DNA of 64,000 nt from Thermoanaerobaculia bacterium (GTDB taxonomy: Bacteria; Acidobacteriota; Thermoanaerobaculia; Multivoradales; UBA5704), in NCBI GenBank assembly GCA_035278895.1, contig DATEIO010000055.1, forward strand, positions 375 through 64,374. Direction: 5' to 3'. The translations under genes and the position numbers were made by a program. The notes below the pieces were generated by a model. That model had not been told where the DNA came from and made no database searches. It saw only the letters and a program-made list of their open reading frames with translations. The first letter of the stretch is position 1. Every line of letters begins with the position of its first letter. Positions 27,201 to 41,081 of this stretch are shown here, piece after piece.

Positions 27201-30200
27201 GGGCCCGCCGGTCGATCTTGCCGTTCGCAGAGAGGGGCAGGGCCGGGAGGAAATGCCAGGCCGCCGGCACCATGGGCTCCGGCAGGCGCTCGCGCAAGGC
27301 CTGGCGCAGCTCGGGAGCTCCGGCGGTCGCTTCCTCCGCCAGGGCCACGAACGCCGACAGCCGGCGGTGGACCCCCTGGCCGAGAGCCAGAACCGCCGCC
27401 TCGCGCACCGCGGGCAGCTCGCACAGCGCGGTCTCGATCTCGCCCAGCTCGATGCGGAACCCGCGGACCTTCACCTGATGGTCGAGCCGGCCGAGGAACT
27501 CCAGGGAGCCGTCGGGCCGCCAGCGGGCCAGGTCTCCGGTCCTGTAGAGGCGGGACCCGGCGGGCGCGTACGGGTCGGGCAGGAAGCTCGCGGCGGTCAG
27601 GTCCGGCCGGCCGAGATAGCCGCGGGCGAGGCCGCTGCCGCCCAGATAGAGCCCTCCCGGCGCACCCAGGGGGAGAAGCCGCAGATCGGCGTCGAGCACC
27701 AGGGCGCGGGTGCCCGGGAGGGGGCGCCCGATGCGGGGATCGCCCTCGCCGTCGACCGCGCACCCGGTCGAATACGTCGTGTCTTCGGTCGGTCCGTAGA
27801 GGTTGAAGATCCGCTCGGCGCCGGAGCGGGCGTAGACCTCCCGCACGAGCGACCCCTTGAGCGGCTCGCCGGCGAGATTGACGGTCCGCACGGACGCGGG
27901 GAACCTGCCGCTCCGGACCAGCTCGGCGATGGCTGAAGGCACCGTGTTGACGAGAGTCACCTCGCCCGCCGCCGGAAGCCCGGGCAGCGCGAGAGCGTTG
28001 TCCGCCAGGATCACGGTGCCGCCGCAGGAGAGCGGCACGAAGATCTCGAAGACCGACAGGTCGAAGCAGACCGAGGTCGCCGCCAGCACGCCCGCGAGGT
28101 CTCGCGCCGGAAACGCCTGCTGCGCCCAGGCGATCCGGTTCACGGCGTTGCGGTGCGGGATCATCACCCCCTTGGGGCGGCCGGTGGACCCGGAGGTGTA
28201 GATGACGTAGGCGAGCTGGCCGGGATCGGCGAAAGCCGGCGCGTCCGGGGCCGGTGGGGCGTCCTGCTCTCCGTCCACCGTGAAGACCCGCGGAGCGAGG
28301 TCCGCCACGCGCCCGAGCAGCGACTGCTGCGTGAGAAGGAGGGCGGCTCCCGAATCCCGCAGCATGTACGACAGCCGCTCGGCAGGGTAGGCGGGATCGA
28401 GAGGCACGTAGGCGCCTCCCGCCGCGAGCGTTGCGAGGAGGGCCGCGATCAAATCGGGCGACCTCTCCAGGCAGATCCCGACCCGGACCTCGGGCCCTGC
28501 TCCCAGCCGCCGCAACTGCCGCGCGAGCCGCGCCGCGCGGTCGTTAAGCTCGCGATAGGTCCACCGCTCCCGCCCATGGACGATGGCGACGGCCTCCGGG
28601 GTGCGCTCCGCCTGCCCGGCGAAGAGCCGGTCGAGAGAGGCGGCGGGGGGCTTTGCCGCCGTGTCGTTCCACTCGGTCAGGATCTGGTGTCTTTCGGACG
28701 CGCCGAGCAGCGGCAGGTCGCCCAGCCGCCCGCCCGGCTCCGCGGCGGCGCCGGCCAGCAGCCTGCCGAGCTGGGCGAGCAGCCGCTCCGCCGTGGCCCG
28801 GTCGAAAAGGTCGGCGTTGTACTCGAGACCGCCGGCGAGCCCACCCGGCTGCTCCACGAGGGTGAGCAGCAGCTCGAACTTGGTGGTGCCGCTCTCGGCG
28901 GGCAGCGCGGTCAGGGTCAGACCGGGGAGCGTGAGGTCCTCCCGGGGAGCGTTCTGGAGCACCAGGACGGCCTGGAAGAGGGGGCTGCGGGCGAGGTCGC
29001 GCTCCGGCCGGATCTCTTCCACCAGCTTTTCGAACGGCAGGTCCTGGAGCGCGTAGGCCTCGAGAGCGGTGTCGCGGGTCCGCGCGACGAGCTCCCGGAA
29101 GGCCGGCTCGCCGGCGAGGCCCCCCCGCAGCGCGAGCATGTTGATGAAGACGCCGATCAGGCCTTCGGTCTCCGCGCGGCTGCGTCCCGCGATGGGGGTG
29201 CCGGTCACCAGGTCGTCCTGCCCGCTGTGGCGGTGGAGGAGGGCCTGGAATCCGGCGAGAGCCACCATGAACAGGGTGGCGCCCTCCCGGCGGGCCAGGG
29301 CGCGCAGGGCGGCCGTCTCCTCCTTCCCGAGCCGGAATGGAGAGACGCCGCCGCGGAAGGTCTGCACGGGGGGGCGCGGGCGGTCCGTCGGCAGCTCGAG
29401 CGCGGCGGGGGCGCCCGCCAGCCGGGTCCGCCAGGCGGCGATCAGCCCGTCGAGCACGTCTCCCGTGAGCCAGCTCCGCTGCCAGGCGGCGAAGTCGGCG
29501 TACTGGATCGCAAGCTCCGGCAGGGGAGACGGCTCCCGCCGGGAAAAAGCGCGGTACAAGGCGCCCAGCTCGCGCACGAGCACACCCATCGACCAGCCGT
29601 CGCTGGCGATGTGGTGGATCGTCAGGAGTAGCACGTGCTCCTGCTCACCCAGGGAGAGCAGCCGGATCCGGAACAGGGGGCCGCGCGAGAGATCGAAAGG
29701 CCGGTCCCTCTCGCGCTGCAGAAAGCGCGCGCGCTCTTCGTCGCGCGCGGAGCGGGGGAGGCCGGCCAGGTCGATCACCGGCAGCGGGACCGGAGCGGCC
29801 GGCGCGATCCTCTGCACCGCCGCTTCGCCACGGCCGTGGAACGTCGTGCGCAGCGCCTCGTGGCGTCTCACGATCTCGTCGACGCTGGCGCGGAGGACGC
29901 CGGCCTCGAGACGGCCCTCGAGCCGGCACGCGGTCGCGATGTTGTAAGCCGGGCTGCCGGCGTCGAGCTGATAGAGGAACCACAGCCGCTGCTGGGCGAA
30001 CGACAGGGGGAGGTCGCCGTCGCGGCCGGCGGCCTGGATGGGGGGAAGGGCGGGCCCGGCTCCCGACTGGATCGCGGCCCGCACGGCGCCGGCGAACCGT
30101 TCCAGCGCCGGCTCCGCGAACAGCGTCTGCAGCGGGACGTCCACCTTGAGCAGGCTGCGGACCCGGGAGATCACCTGGACGGCGAGCAGCGAGTGGCCGC

Positions 30201-33200
30201 CGAGATCGAAGAAGTCGTCGCGGGCGAGCACGCGGTCGCGGCCGAGGACGTCCGCCCAGAGGCTGGCGATCAGCTCCGTGACCGGATCGGCCAGGTCCGC
30301 GGCCTCCCGGGGCTCGAGGGTCTCCGGGGCGGCGGGATCGGGCAGGGCGCGCCGGTTCAGCTTGCCGGAGGGGGTCAAGGGGAAGGAATCGAGCACCACG
30401 AACGCGGCGGGCACCATGTGCTCCGGCAACCGGCCGCGCAGAGATCCGCGGAGCTCCTCCGGAGCCGGCGCCACCGGGCCCGAGGGGACCACGTAGGCGA
30501 TCAGGCGCTTGCCTCCGGTCCCGGGCTCCGGGCGGGCCTCGACGACCGCCTCGCGCACCGCCGGATGCTGGCTCAGCACCGCCTCGATCTCCCCCGGCTC
30601 GACGCGGAAGCCGCGAACCTTCACCTGCTGGTCGAGCCGCCCCAGATATTCGATCTCCAGGCCGGGTGTCCAGAGAGCCAGATCGCCCGTCCTGTAGAGC
30701 CGGGCGCCGGGCTCGCCGCGCAGAGAGCCGAAGGGATCGGGGATGAACCTCAGGGCCGTGAGGCCGGGCCGGCCGTGGTAACCCCGCGCGAGGGCCGGGC
30801 CGCCGATGTAGAGCTCGCCGGCGACGCCCAGGGGGACCGGCTCGAGACCGGGGCCCAGCAGGCGGATCGTGGCCCCGTCGATCGGCCGTCCGATCGACGG
30901 CAGGGCAGGCCAGTCCGCCGCGGCGCCGCCGAAGGTGGCGGCGGTGACCACGTGGGTCTCCGAGGGGCCGTAGTGGTTGTGGAGCCGGCAGCCTTCGAGC
31001 CCGCTGAACCAGCGCACCATGGCCGGTGTGACCTGCAGCTGTTCCCCGGCCGCAATGACGTCTCGCAGGCGCAGCGCCTGCCCTGGCCTCTCCCCGGCCG
31101 CTTCGGCCAGATGCCGCAGGGCCACGAAGGGGAGGAAAAGGCGCTCGATCCCCGCCTCTTCGAGCCGGGCGAGGAGGGCCGTGGCATCCCGGCGCCTCTC
31201 CTCGTCGATCAGGTAGAGGGTCCCTCCGGCCCGCCAGGTCGAGAAGATCTCCTGGAAGGAGACGTCGAAAGAGAGCGATGCGAACTGGAGCGTACGGGCG
31301 GCCCCGCTCAGGCCCCCTGCCGTCTCCTGCCAGTCGAGCAGGCCCTGGAGGGCCCGCCGCGTCATCGCGACCCCCTTGGGCCGGCCGGTCGAGCCCGACG
31401 TGTAGATCACGTAGGCGAGGTTGCCGGGATCGGTGCGAACCTCCAGGCGGCCGCCGCTCTCCCGGGCGATCTCCTCCCAGTCCGCGTCGACGCGGATCAC
31501 GTGGACGGGCGACGGCTCCGCCGGGAAGCGGTCCGCCAGGCGCTCCTGGGTGAGGACCACCGCGGCGCCCCCTCCGCCGAGCGCGTCGTCGAGCATCCAG
31601 GCGAGCCGTTCCCGCGGGTAGCTCGGGTCCAGGGGGACGTAGGCCCCGCCGGCCTTCAGAACGGCGAGCACCGCGACCAGCATCTCGGGGGAGCGCTCCA
31701 TCGAGACCACCACCGGGCCGTCCGGGAGGAGGCCCAGCCGAAGCAGCCTTCTCGCCAGCCGGTTGGAGCGGGTGTCGAGCTCCCGATAGGTGAGGACCTG
31801 GGAGCCGTCGACGACGGCCGGAGCCTCCGGGCGGAGGCGCGCCCAGTCCGTGACCCAGCTTTCGAAGCTTTTCGCCACGCCGGGCCGGGCCGGGGCTCCG
31901 GCGGCCTCGACCAGCAGCTGAGACCTCTCCTCGGGAGAGAGGAGGGGCAGGGCTTCGAGCCTTTGGCCGGCTCCGGAAGCGATCCCCGCAAGCAGCGTCT
32001 GAAGGTGGCCGAGCAGGCGGTCCACGGCCGCGTGGTCGAAGAGCCGGCCGTCGTAGAGGGCCTTGAGGATGAAACGGGAACCGGACGCGGCCTCCAGGCA
32101 CAACGGATAGTGGGTCTGCTCCGCCGTCTTCGAGCCGCCGATCCGCAGGCTCCTGTCCACCCGCTCTTCGAGCGTGGCGTCGACCGGGTAGTTCTCGAAC
32201 ACCAGGAGGGTGTCGAACAGGGGGGTCCCGCGCGGGATCTCGCTCCAGCCCTGGATCTCGGTCAACCGGCTGTTTTCGTACTGCCGCGCCTCGGCCTGGC
32301 TTTCCTGGATCTCCTGCAGCCAGGCCACGAGCTCGGCCCCGCCGGGGACCTGCACCCGGGCCGGGAGGGTGTTGATGAACAGCCCGACCATCGACTCGAT
32401 CCCGGCGAGGGGCGCGGAGCGTCCCGAGGTGACCGCGCCGAATAGAACGTCCTCGCCGCCGTGGTAGCGCCCCAGGAGGAGGGCCCAGGCGCCCTGCACG
32501 ACCGTCGCGAGCGTCAGCCGGTGGGTGCGGGAGAACCTCTGCAGAGAGGCCGTCTCCGGGGCGGGGAGCCGCGAGAACCGCTCGCCCCGCGCGGCTTCGC
32601 CAGCCGCCTGGGTCTTCGCGAGGCCCAGGGCGGTCGGCTCTTCGAGCCCCGCGAGGGTGCGCCGCCAGAACGCCTCGGCGGCCGCCGCATCGCTCCCTTC
32701 CAGCCAGGCGATGAAGTCCCGGTAGGGGCGGACCGGGCCGAGCACGGCCTCCTCTCCGCGCCGCCCCGCCTCGTACAGCGAGAACAGCTCGTTGAGCAGG
32801 ATCGACGTCGACCAGCCGTCGAACAGGATGTGGTGATGGCTCCAGACGAACTGGTGCTCCTGGTCTCCAAGCCGGATCAGGGCGAGCCGCAGCAGGGGCG
32901 GACGGGTGAGGTCGAATCCCCGGCGGCGGTCCTCCTCCAGGAAGCTCTCCAGCCACGGCTGCCGTTCGTCCGCGGAGAGCTCGCGCAGGTCGTGGCGCTC
33001 CCAGGGCAGCTCCACCTCGGCATGGACCCGCTGGAGCGGCCGTGCCAGCCCGTGCCAGTGGAAGGTGGTGCGGAGGGCCGGATGCCGGCGGACCAGCCGC
33101 TCCCAGGCGCGCTCGAACGCGTCGAGGTCGAGGCCGGCCTGGAGATGGAGGCTGAGCTGCTCGACGTAGACCCCGGACCCCGGCTCCTGAAGGCTGTGGA

Positions 33201-36200
33201 AGAGCATGCCCTCCTGCACCGGAGCAGCGGGGTACAGATCCTCGATCGCCGCGCCCCGCGACTCTGAAGCCAGCAGGTCGAGCTCGGCCTGGCGGATCCG
33301 GGCGAGAGGGAAGTCCGCAGGCGTGTAGCCCCCGGCTTCGGGAGAGAGGCAGTGCTCGATCAGGCCCCGCAGGGCCTCCTGGAACCGCCCGGCCCACGCC
33401 TCGACCGCCTCCCGGTCGCGGCGCTCGCAGATCCAGGTGAGCTGCAGGCGCCCTTCGCGGACGCCGCCGTTGATCTCCACGGGGTAGAGGCGGCGCTGGC
33501 GGGGATCGGACACGGCGCCGGCCGATTCGCCGGCCGCCTGGAACAGGCTCCGCGCGGGGAGTGCCTGGTCGAGCTGCCCGAGATAGTTGAACAGGACCCG
33601 GGCGTGGGGCAGCGCGCGGAGGGCGTCCGCCGTCTCTCCCTGCCCGAGATACCGGAGCACGCCGTAGCCGATTCCCTGGTCGGGAACCGCCCGGAGCCGC
33701 TCCTTGACCGCGCACAGGGCGGCGCCGGTACCGGCCGCTCCCGTGGTGTCGAGAAGCACCGGGTGGACGGCGGTGAACCAGCCCACGGTGCGGGAGAGGT
33801 CGAGGTCCGGAAAGATCTCGGCGCGGCCGTGGCTTTCGAGGTCCACCAGGAGGCGCCGGCTCCCTGTCCAGGCCCCGAAGGATTCGACGAGAGCGGTGAG
33901 CAGGGCGTCGTTGATCTGGGTGCGATAGGCGCGCGGCACGTCCTGCAGCAGGGCGCGCGTCTCCGCCGCGGTCAGGGCGACCGCCACCCGCGCCGCCGTG
34001 GCCGCCGTGCCGAGGCCGGCCGGGAAGACCCGGGGCAGGGAGAGCGGACGGCGGCGCTCCGCGAGCCAGATCTCCGCTTGCGCGGCGAGCTCCGGCGACG
34101 CGGCATGAGCGGCCAGGCGCTCCGCCCAGCTCTGGTAGGAGCTGGTCCTGGGGGGGAGGGAGACCGCCTCGCCGGCGGCGAGCTGGCGGCAGGCGGTCTC
34201 GAGGTCTTCGAGCAGGATGCGCCAGGAGACCCCGTCGACCACCAGGTGATGGATGGCGAGCAGCAGGCGGCAGGGCTCCCCGGAGCCTGAAGTGAACACG
34301 GCCGCCCGCAGCAGCGGACCCCGGGAGAGATCGAGGCTCGCCTGCAGGCGGGAGGCCACCTCCTCGAGGCTCTCCCTCTGGCGCTCCCGGGGCAGCGCCC
34401 GAAGATCGACCTGGGAGAAGAAGCCGCCCGGTCCCCCGGAACGGTAGACCTGCTGCCAGCCCCCTTCCGGGTGCCGCTCGAAGCGGATGCAAAGCGCTTC
34501 GTGGTGGGCGGCCAGGTGCTCCAGCACCGGGCCGAGCCGTCTCTCGTCGAGCTCGGACGACGAGAGCAGCACCGCCTGGTTGTAGTGCTCCGGGTGGACC
34601 CGGTCCTGCTCGAAGAAGCGCTGCTGGATGGGCGTCAGCGGCGTGGGCCGGTCGCTCCAGCCCGCCTCCTTGCGGTCCCCGGCTTCCTCGGCGACCGCAG
34701 CCAGCCCGGCCACCGTGGGGTGCTCGAAGACCTGGCGCGCGGTGAGGCGCAGACCCGCGGCGGAGGCCCGGGAGATCACCTGGATGCTCAGGATGGAGTC
34801 GCCCCCGAGCGAGAAGAAGTTGTCGTGGATTCCGAGGCGCTCCACCCGCAGGACCTGTTTCCAGACCTCCGCGAGCCTCTCCTCGGCGGAGTTGCGCGGA
34901 GCCTCGTAATGCCTCTCGGGAGACGGCTCCGGCGCCGGCAGCCGCTTGCGGTCGAGCTTGCCCTGCGGGCTGCGGGGGAAGTCCTCCAGCCAGACGAAGG
35001 CGGTGGGCACCATGTAGCCGGGGAGCCTCTCCTGGGCGTAGCGCTGCAGCTCGGCACCGTCTGGACGGGCCTCTCCGCGCGGCAGCAGGTAGGCGACGAG
35101 CCGCTTCGCCCCGCCGCCGTCCTCGCGGGCCGCGACGGCCGCCTCGCGCACTCCGGGGCACCGGCTGAGCGTGCTCTCGATCTCTCCCAGCTCGATGCGG
35201 AAGCCGCGGATCTTGACCTGGTGGTCGAACCGGCCGAGGAACTCCACCCGGGCGTCCGGCAGATACCGGGCGAGGTCCCCGGTGCGATAGAGCCGGGCGC
35301 CCGGCGCTACGCCGAAGGGATCGGGGACGAAGCGCTCGGCCGTCAGGTCCGGCCGCCCGTCGTACCCGCGCGCCACGTTGGCGCCGCCGATGCAGAGCTC
35401 GCCGGGGATTCCGAGCCCGACCGGGCGCATCCCGCGGTCGAGCAGGTAGATGCGCGTCCCGGCGAGCGGCCGGCCGAGCGGGGCGGTTCCGGAGATCCCG
35501 GCCGCCGGACCGCCCGGCCCGATGCGGCCCGCGAGCACCCCGACCGTGGTCTCGGTCGGGCCGTAGTGGATGAAGACCCGGCAGGCCGGTTCAAGCGTTG
35601 CGAGCGCGGCCGCCCACTCCGCGCGCGAGGCCTCGCCGCCCAGGGCCAGCCAGCCCCGGGGCAGGACGTCCTGCGGAGCAGGGGCGCTCTGCAGGGCGGC
35701 GAGATGGGACGGCGCGATCTTCAGCAGGTCGACCGCATGCCGGCGGAAATAGTCGCCCAGCGCCGCGGCGTCGAGCGCCCGCTCCTCCGAGATCAGGTGC
35801 AGGGTCCCGCCGACCAGCAGGGGAGGGTAGAGCGCGGTCTTCCCCGAGTCGACGCTCAGCGGCTGGAGCAGGCCGGCGCTCGCTCCCGGGGCGAGCTCCA
35901 GCCGGGCGATGACGGCCCGCAGGTAGTTGACGATCTGGCGGTGCTCCACGACCACGCCCTTGGGCCGGCCCGTCGAGCCCGAGGTGTAGAGGATGTAGGC
36001 CGCGTTCGCAGGCGTGACGCCGCTGGCCGGCGGCCGGTGCTCCGCTCCGTCGATGAGCGGCCAGTCCGCGTCGAGCCGCAGCACCGTGCCGGCGTGCGCC
36101 GGCAGGCGGCCGGCGAGCCCGGCCTGCGTCAGCAGCGGAGCCGGCTCTCCGTCCCGCTCCAGGTCCCTGAGGAGGCCGGCGAGCCTCTCCGCCGGCGCGG

Positions 36201-39200
36201 CGGGGTCCAGCGGCACGTACGCGCCGCCTGCCTTGAGCACGCCGAAGAGGGCGACGACCATCTCGATCGACCTCTCGAAGCAGAGGGCCACCCGGACCTC
36301 GGGCCCGACGCCCAACCGGCGCAGATGGTGGGCCAGGCGGTTCGCCCGGCGCTCGAGCTCCGCGTAGGTGAGGCTCTCCTCCTCGAAGACCGCGGCGGCG
36401 TGGCCCGGGGTGCGCCGGGCCTGTTCCGAAAAGAGCGTGTGGAGGCAGGCGTCCCCGGCCCACCCCTGCGCCGTGTCGTTCCAGTCGGCGAGGAGCTGGT
36501 GGCGCTCCGCCGCGGTCAGCAGCTCCACGTCCGCGACCCGCGCCTGCGGATCGGCGGCGATCCCGGCCAGCAGGATCTCCAGATGGCCCAGGAGGCGCTC
36601 GGCCGTCGGCGCGTCGAACAGGTCGGTGTTGAACTGCAGCACGGTCCCGAGCCGGTCCTGGTCCTCCCGGACGAGCAGCGTGAGGTCGAACTTGGCGGTC
36701 CCGGTTTCGAGGGCACCGCGGGCGAGCGGGCGGACCGCAAGCCCCGGGAGCTGCCCGGCCGCGGGCGGCAGGTTCTGGTAGGTCAGCATCACCTGGCAGA
36801 GCGGGTTGACGCTCAGGTCCCGCGGCAGGTCGAGGTCGTCGACCAGCTTTTCGAACGGGAGGTCCTGGTGGGCGTAGGCCGCGAGCGTCGTCTCGCGCAC
36901 CGCGGCGAGGAGGCCGGCAAAGCTCCCGGAATCCGGCGCCTGGACGCGCAGCGCCAGAGTGTTGACGAAAAAGCCGATGAGGCTCTCGATCTCCTCGCGG
37001 TTGCGGTTGGCGATGGGGGTGGCCACCAGCACGTCGGTCTGCCCCGAGGAGCGGGCGAGCAGCGTGGCGAAGGCGGCGAGGAGGGTCATGAAGGGGGTGA
37101 GGCCCTCGCGGCGGGAGAGCGCGAGGACCGCCTTGCCGAGATCCTGCGGCAGGAGGCGTTCGCGCCAGGCGCCGCGGAACATCGAGACGGGCGGACGGGG
37201 GCGGTCGAGCGGCAGCGCCAGGACCGTCGGGGCGCCGGAGAGCTGCTCTCTCCAGAAGGCGGTCTCGCGTTCCAGGATCTCTCCCTGGAGCCAGCTCCGC
37301 TGCCAGACGGCGAAGTCGGGGTATTGCAGGGGCAGGGGCGGCAGGGGATCGGGGCGGCCCTCGGCCAGGGCCGGATACAGCGCCGCCAGCTCGCGCATCA
37401 GCACCTGGACGGACCAGCCGTCGGAGACGACGTGGTGCTGGGTCAGCAGGATCGCGTGCTCGCCCTCCCCGAGCCGCAGCAGGGCCGCCCGCAGCAGAGG
37501 CCCGCGGGCGAGGTCGAACGGGAGCCGCGACTCTTCGGTGGCGAGCCGGAGGGATTCGGGCCGGCGGCGGTCCTTCGGCAAGGCCTGCAGGTCCACCTGC
37601 GGGAGGCGCCAGGGGCCGGGAGCGGAGATCCGCTGCACCGGCTGCCCCCCGGCCAGGGGGAAGGTGGTGCGCAGCGATTCGTGCCGCGCCACGATCCTGC
37701 CGAGGCCGGCCTCCAGGGCTCTCCGGTCCAGGGGACCCGTGAGGCGCACCGACAGCGGGATGTTGTAGAGCGGGGTCCCGGGCTGGAGCTGGTCGAGGAA
37801 CCAGAGCCTCTGTTGAGCGAAGGACAGCGGCAGATCTCCGTCCCGCGGCGCAGGGCGGAGGGGCGGGGCCTGCGGCGCGGCGCCGGAGCTGCGCTCCCGC
37901 TCGATGCGGCGCGCCAGGGCGGCGACGGTCGGATCCTCGAACAGGGCGCGCAGCGGCAGCTCCACCCCGAGCACGCTGCGCACTCTGGAGGTGACCTGGG
38001 TGGCCAGCAGTGAATGGCCGCCCAGGTCGAAGAAGTCGTCCCGGGCTCCGACGCGCTCGACGCGGAGCACCCCGGCCCAGATCTCGGCGACCAGCTCTTC
38101 GATGGGACCCTGCGGCGGCGCGAACGAGCCCTCCGCCGCAGAGAGGGTGGAAGCGGGGGCGGGGAGGGCCTTGCGGTCGAGCTTGCCGTTGGGGGAGAGC
38201 GGGAGCTCTTCCAGGACCACGAAGGCGCTCGGGACCATGGCCTCCGGCAGCTCTGTGGACAGGACCTCGCGCACCTGCGCCAGGTCGCGCTCGGCCATCC
38301 CGCGCCCGGCGCGCGGCACCAGGTAGGCCACCAGCCGGCGGTCTCCCGGGACGTCCTCGCGGGCGAGCACGGCGGCGGCGCGCAGCAGCGGGTGGCTCCC
38401 GAGGACCGACTCGATCTCGCCGAGCTCGATGCGGTGGCCGCGGATCTTGACCTGGTGGTCGATACGCCCGAGGAAGTCCAGGCGTCCATCCGCCCTGAAG
38501 CGGGCCAGGTCGCCGGTCCGGTACAGGCGCTGCCCGCGCTCGCCGGCGAACGGGTCGGGCACGAAAGCCTGCGCGGTGCGCGCGCCGTCGCCCAGGTAGC
38601 CGCGCCCCACCCCGGCGCCGCCCACGAAGAGCTCGCCGGCGACTCCGGCGGGCAGCGGCGCCATCGCGCCGTCGAGCACGTAGGCCCTCAGGTTGGCCAC
38701 CGGCCGGCCGATGGGAGTGGGAGGGCGCACCGGCTCCTGGCCGTGGCGGATCGGATGGTGGGTGATGTCGTCCGAGCACTCGGTGGGGCCATAGGCGTTG
38801 AGCAGCGGCACGCCGGGATAGAGCCGCAGCCATTGGCCGCACAGCTCGGCCGGCAAGGCCTCGCCCGTCGGGATGAGCCAGCGCAGCCGTTGCAGCGCGG
38901 GCCGGCCGGGTCCCTGCCGGTCGAGCTCTTCGAGCGCCAGCCGGAGCAGGGAGGGCACGGTCTCCAGGACCGTGATGCCGCCGCTTTCCACCGCCGCGAA
39001 AAGCCGCCGCGGATCGTGAGCCACTTCGTCGGGGAACACGTGCACGCTCCCGCCCGCCAGCAAGGCGGCGAGGAACTGCCAGACGGAGATGTCGAAGCTC
39101 TGGGAAGCCGTCTGGGCCACCACGTCGCCAGGCCCCAGGCCGAGGTCCCGGACCTTGGCCCACAGGTGGTTGAGCATGCCGCCCTGCTCGATCATCACCC

Positions 39201-41081
39201 CTTTGGGCGTGCCGGTGGATCCGGAGGTGTAGAGGAGGTAGGCGAGCCGGCGAGGCTCGAAGCGCGGCTGCTCCACCTCGCGGCGGCCCGCGAGGCCGGC
39301 CAGATCCTCCAGGACGTGGAGCCGCGGCCGGACGGCCGCGGGCAGCTCCCCGGCGGCCTCCGCCAGGACCGGGAAGAGCTGCCGGCCGGCGATGGCCAGC
39401 TCGACGCCGCTGTTGGCGAGCAGGCCGGCGAGACGCCGCCGGGGGTGGCGCGGGTCGAGGGGCAGATAGGCGCCGCCGGCGCGGAAGATGCCGAGGATCG
39501 CGACCAGGAAGTCGAGGCTGCGCTCGGCGAGCAGGGCCACGCGGGATTCGGGGCCGACCCCCTCTCCGCTCAGCGCGCACGCCAGCCGCTCGCTGCCGGC
39601 GGAGAGCTCGCGGTAGGTCAGCCGCCGGCCGGCACAGAGCGCGGCCACGGCCTCCGGCCGCTCTGCCGCCTGCGCCGCGAGCACCGCCGCCAGGTCCAGG
39701 CCCGCGGCCGGGAGCTCTGCCGCGCTGTCGTTCCACTCCCGGAGGATCTGCTGCAGCTCGGGCGGGCTGGGCTGCAGGAGATCGCCCAGGCGGTCCGGCC
39801 TCTGCCGCGCCATCCGCTCGAGCAGGCCGGCCAGGCGGGCGAGCAGCACGGGAGCCTCCGCTCCGAAACGCGCCCGGTCGACGTCGAGCTGGAGAGTGAG
39901 ACGGCGTCCGGGCTGGGCCAGGAGCACGAGCGGGTAGTTGGTGAAGTTGACCAGCCGGAGATCGGTCAGCTCGAGACTGGCGTCCTGCCCCCCGTCCTGG
40001 GCGCCGGGAGGGTAGTTCTCGAAGATCACCAGGCTCTCGAAGAGCTGGGCCTTGCGCGGCACCTCGCTCCAGCCCTGGACCTCGGGGAGAGGGACGTGCT
40101 CGAACTGGCGGCTCTCCACCTGCCTCTGCTGGAGGTCGCGCAGCCAGTCGAAGAGGGGGATCTCCGCCGCGACCTTCGCCCGCAGGGGGACCGTGTTGAT
40201 GAACAGGCCGACCATCGATTCGACGCCGGGCAGATCCGGGGGGCGCCCGGAGACCGTGACGCCGAACACGAGGTCCCGCTCGCCGGTCGTGCGGGCGAGG
40301 AGCAGAGCCCAGCCCGCCTGGATCAGGGTGCCGAGAGTGACCTGGGCGCCGCGGGCGAGCGCCTGGAGGGCGGCGGTCGTCTCCTCGGAGAGCGGGATCG
40401 TGTGCCGCACCGGATCGGGGGCGTCCTGCGCTCCGCGGTCCCCCGGGAGCGGCGTCGGGGCGGTGAAGCCGGCGAGCTCGCGCCGCCAGAAGCCCTCGGC
40501 CACGGCCCGGTCCTGGCGCAGGAGCCAGGCGATGTAGCTCCGGAAGGGAGGAGGGGCGCCGAGGCCCGGCTCCCGGTCCTGGCGGAAGGCCTCGTAGCAG
40601 AGGAACAGCTCGGCGGTCAGCTTGGCGACCGACCAGCCGTCGAGCAGCAGCATGTGCAGGCTCCAGACGAGCCGGTGGGAGCGGTCTCCCTCGCGGGCGA
40701 GCAGGAGGCGCATCAGGGGGGCCTGCCGCGGGTCGAAGCCGCGGGCCAGATCCTGGGCGAGACAGGCCTCCAGGCGCTCGCGCTGCCCGTCTTTGTCCAG
40801 CCGGCTCCAATCCTCCTCGGCGATCGGCACGGCGGTTTCGCGCGCCACGACCTGCAGCGGCTGATCGAGGTCCTCCCAGAGGAAAGAGGTGCGCAGGATC
40901 GCGTGCCGCTCGACGATCCGCGCGAGAGCCCGGCGCAAGGCGAGGCGGTCGAGCTCGCCTTCGAGGCGGCAGCTCATCTGCCAGACGTAGAGCCCCTCGC
41001 TGGGGGCCATCAGGGAATGGAAGAGCATTCCCTGCTGCATCGGGGACAGCGGGTAGATGTCCTGGATCGGGCGGCTCGCGG

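Noticed and set aside
23044-27936. Very long plus-strand ORFs: 23044..27936 (1630 aa), and also 1218..3137, 6221..8284, 10044..13121, 14807..18091, 18146..21448, 29635..32445, 34471..38013, 38014..41106, 42438..47627 and 48848..52057.
   Set aside because: They lie antisense to minus-strand sequence carrying unmistakable NRPS/PKS motifs. Their translations are Arg/Gly/Pro/Glu-rich with no recognisable domain. Several end in '..PVEPEV*', which is just the reverse complement of the YTSGSTG adenylation motif. Long stop-free antisense frames are expected at this GC content.
29645-35161. Long minus-strand ORFs in the wrong frame: 29645..35161, 35591..40810, 49842..55184, 56460..59426, 61119..63278, 24248..26803, 22622..24196, 8128..10197 and 18279..19811.
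   Set aside because: They overlap the motif-bearing frame on the same strand and have low-complexity Arg/Pro/Gly/Ala translations with no domain signatures.
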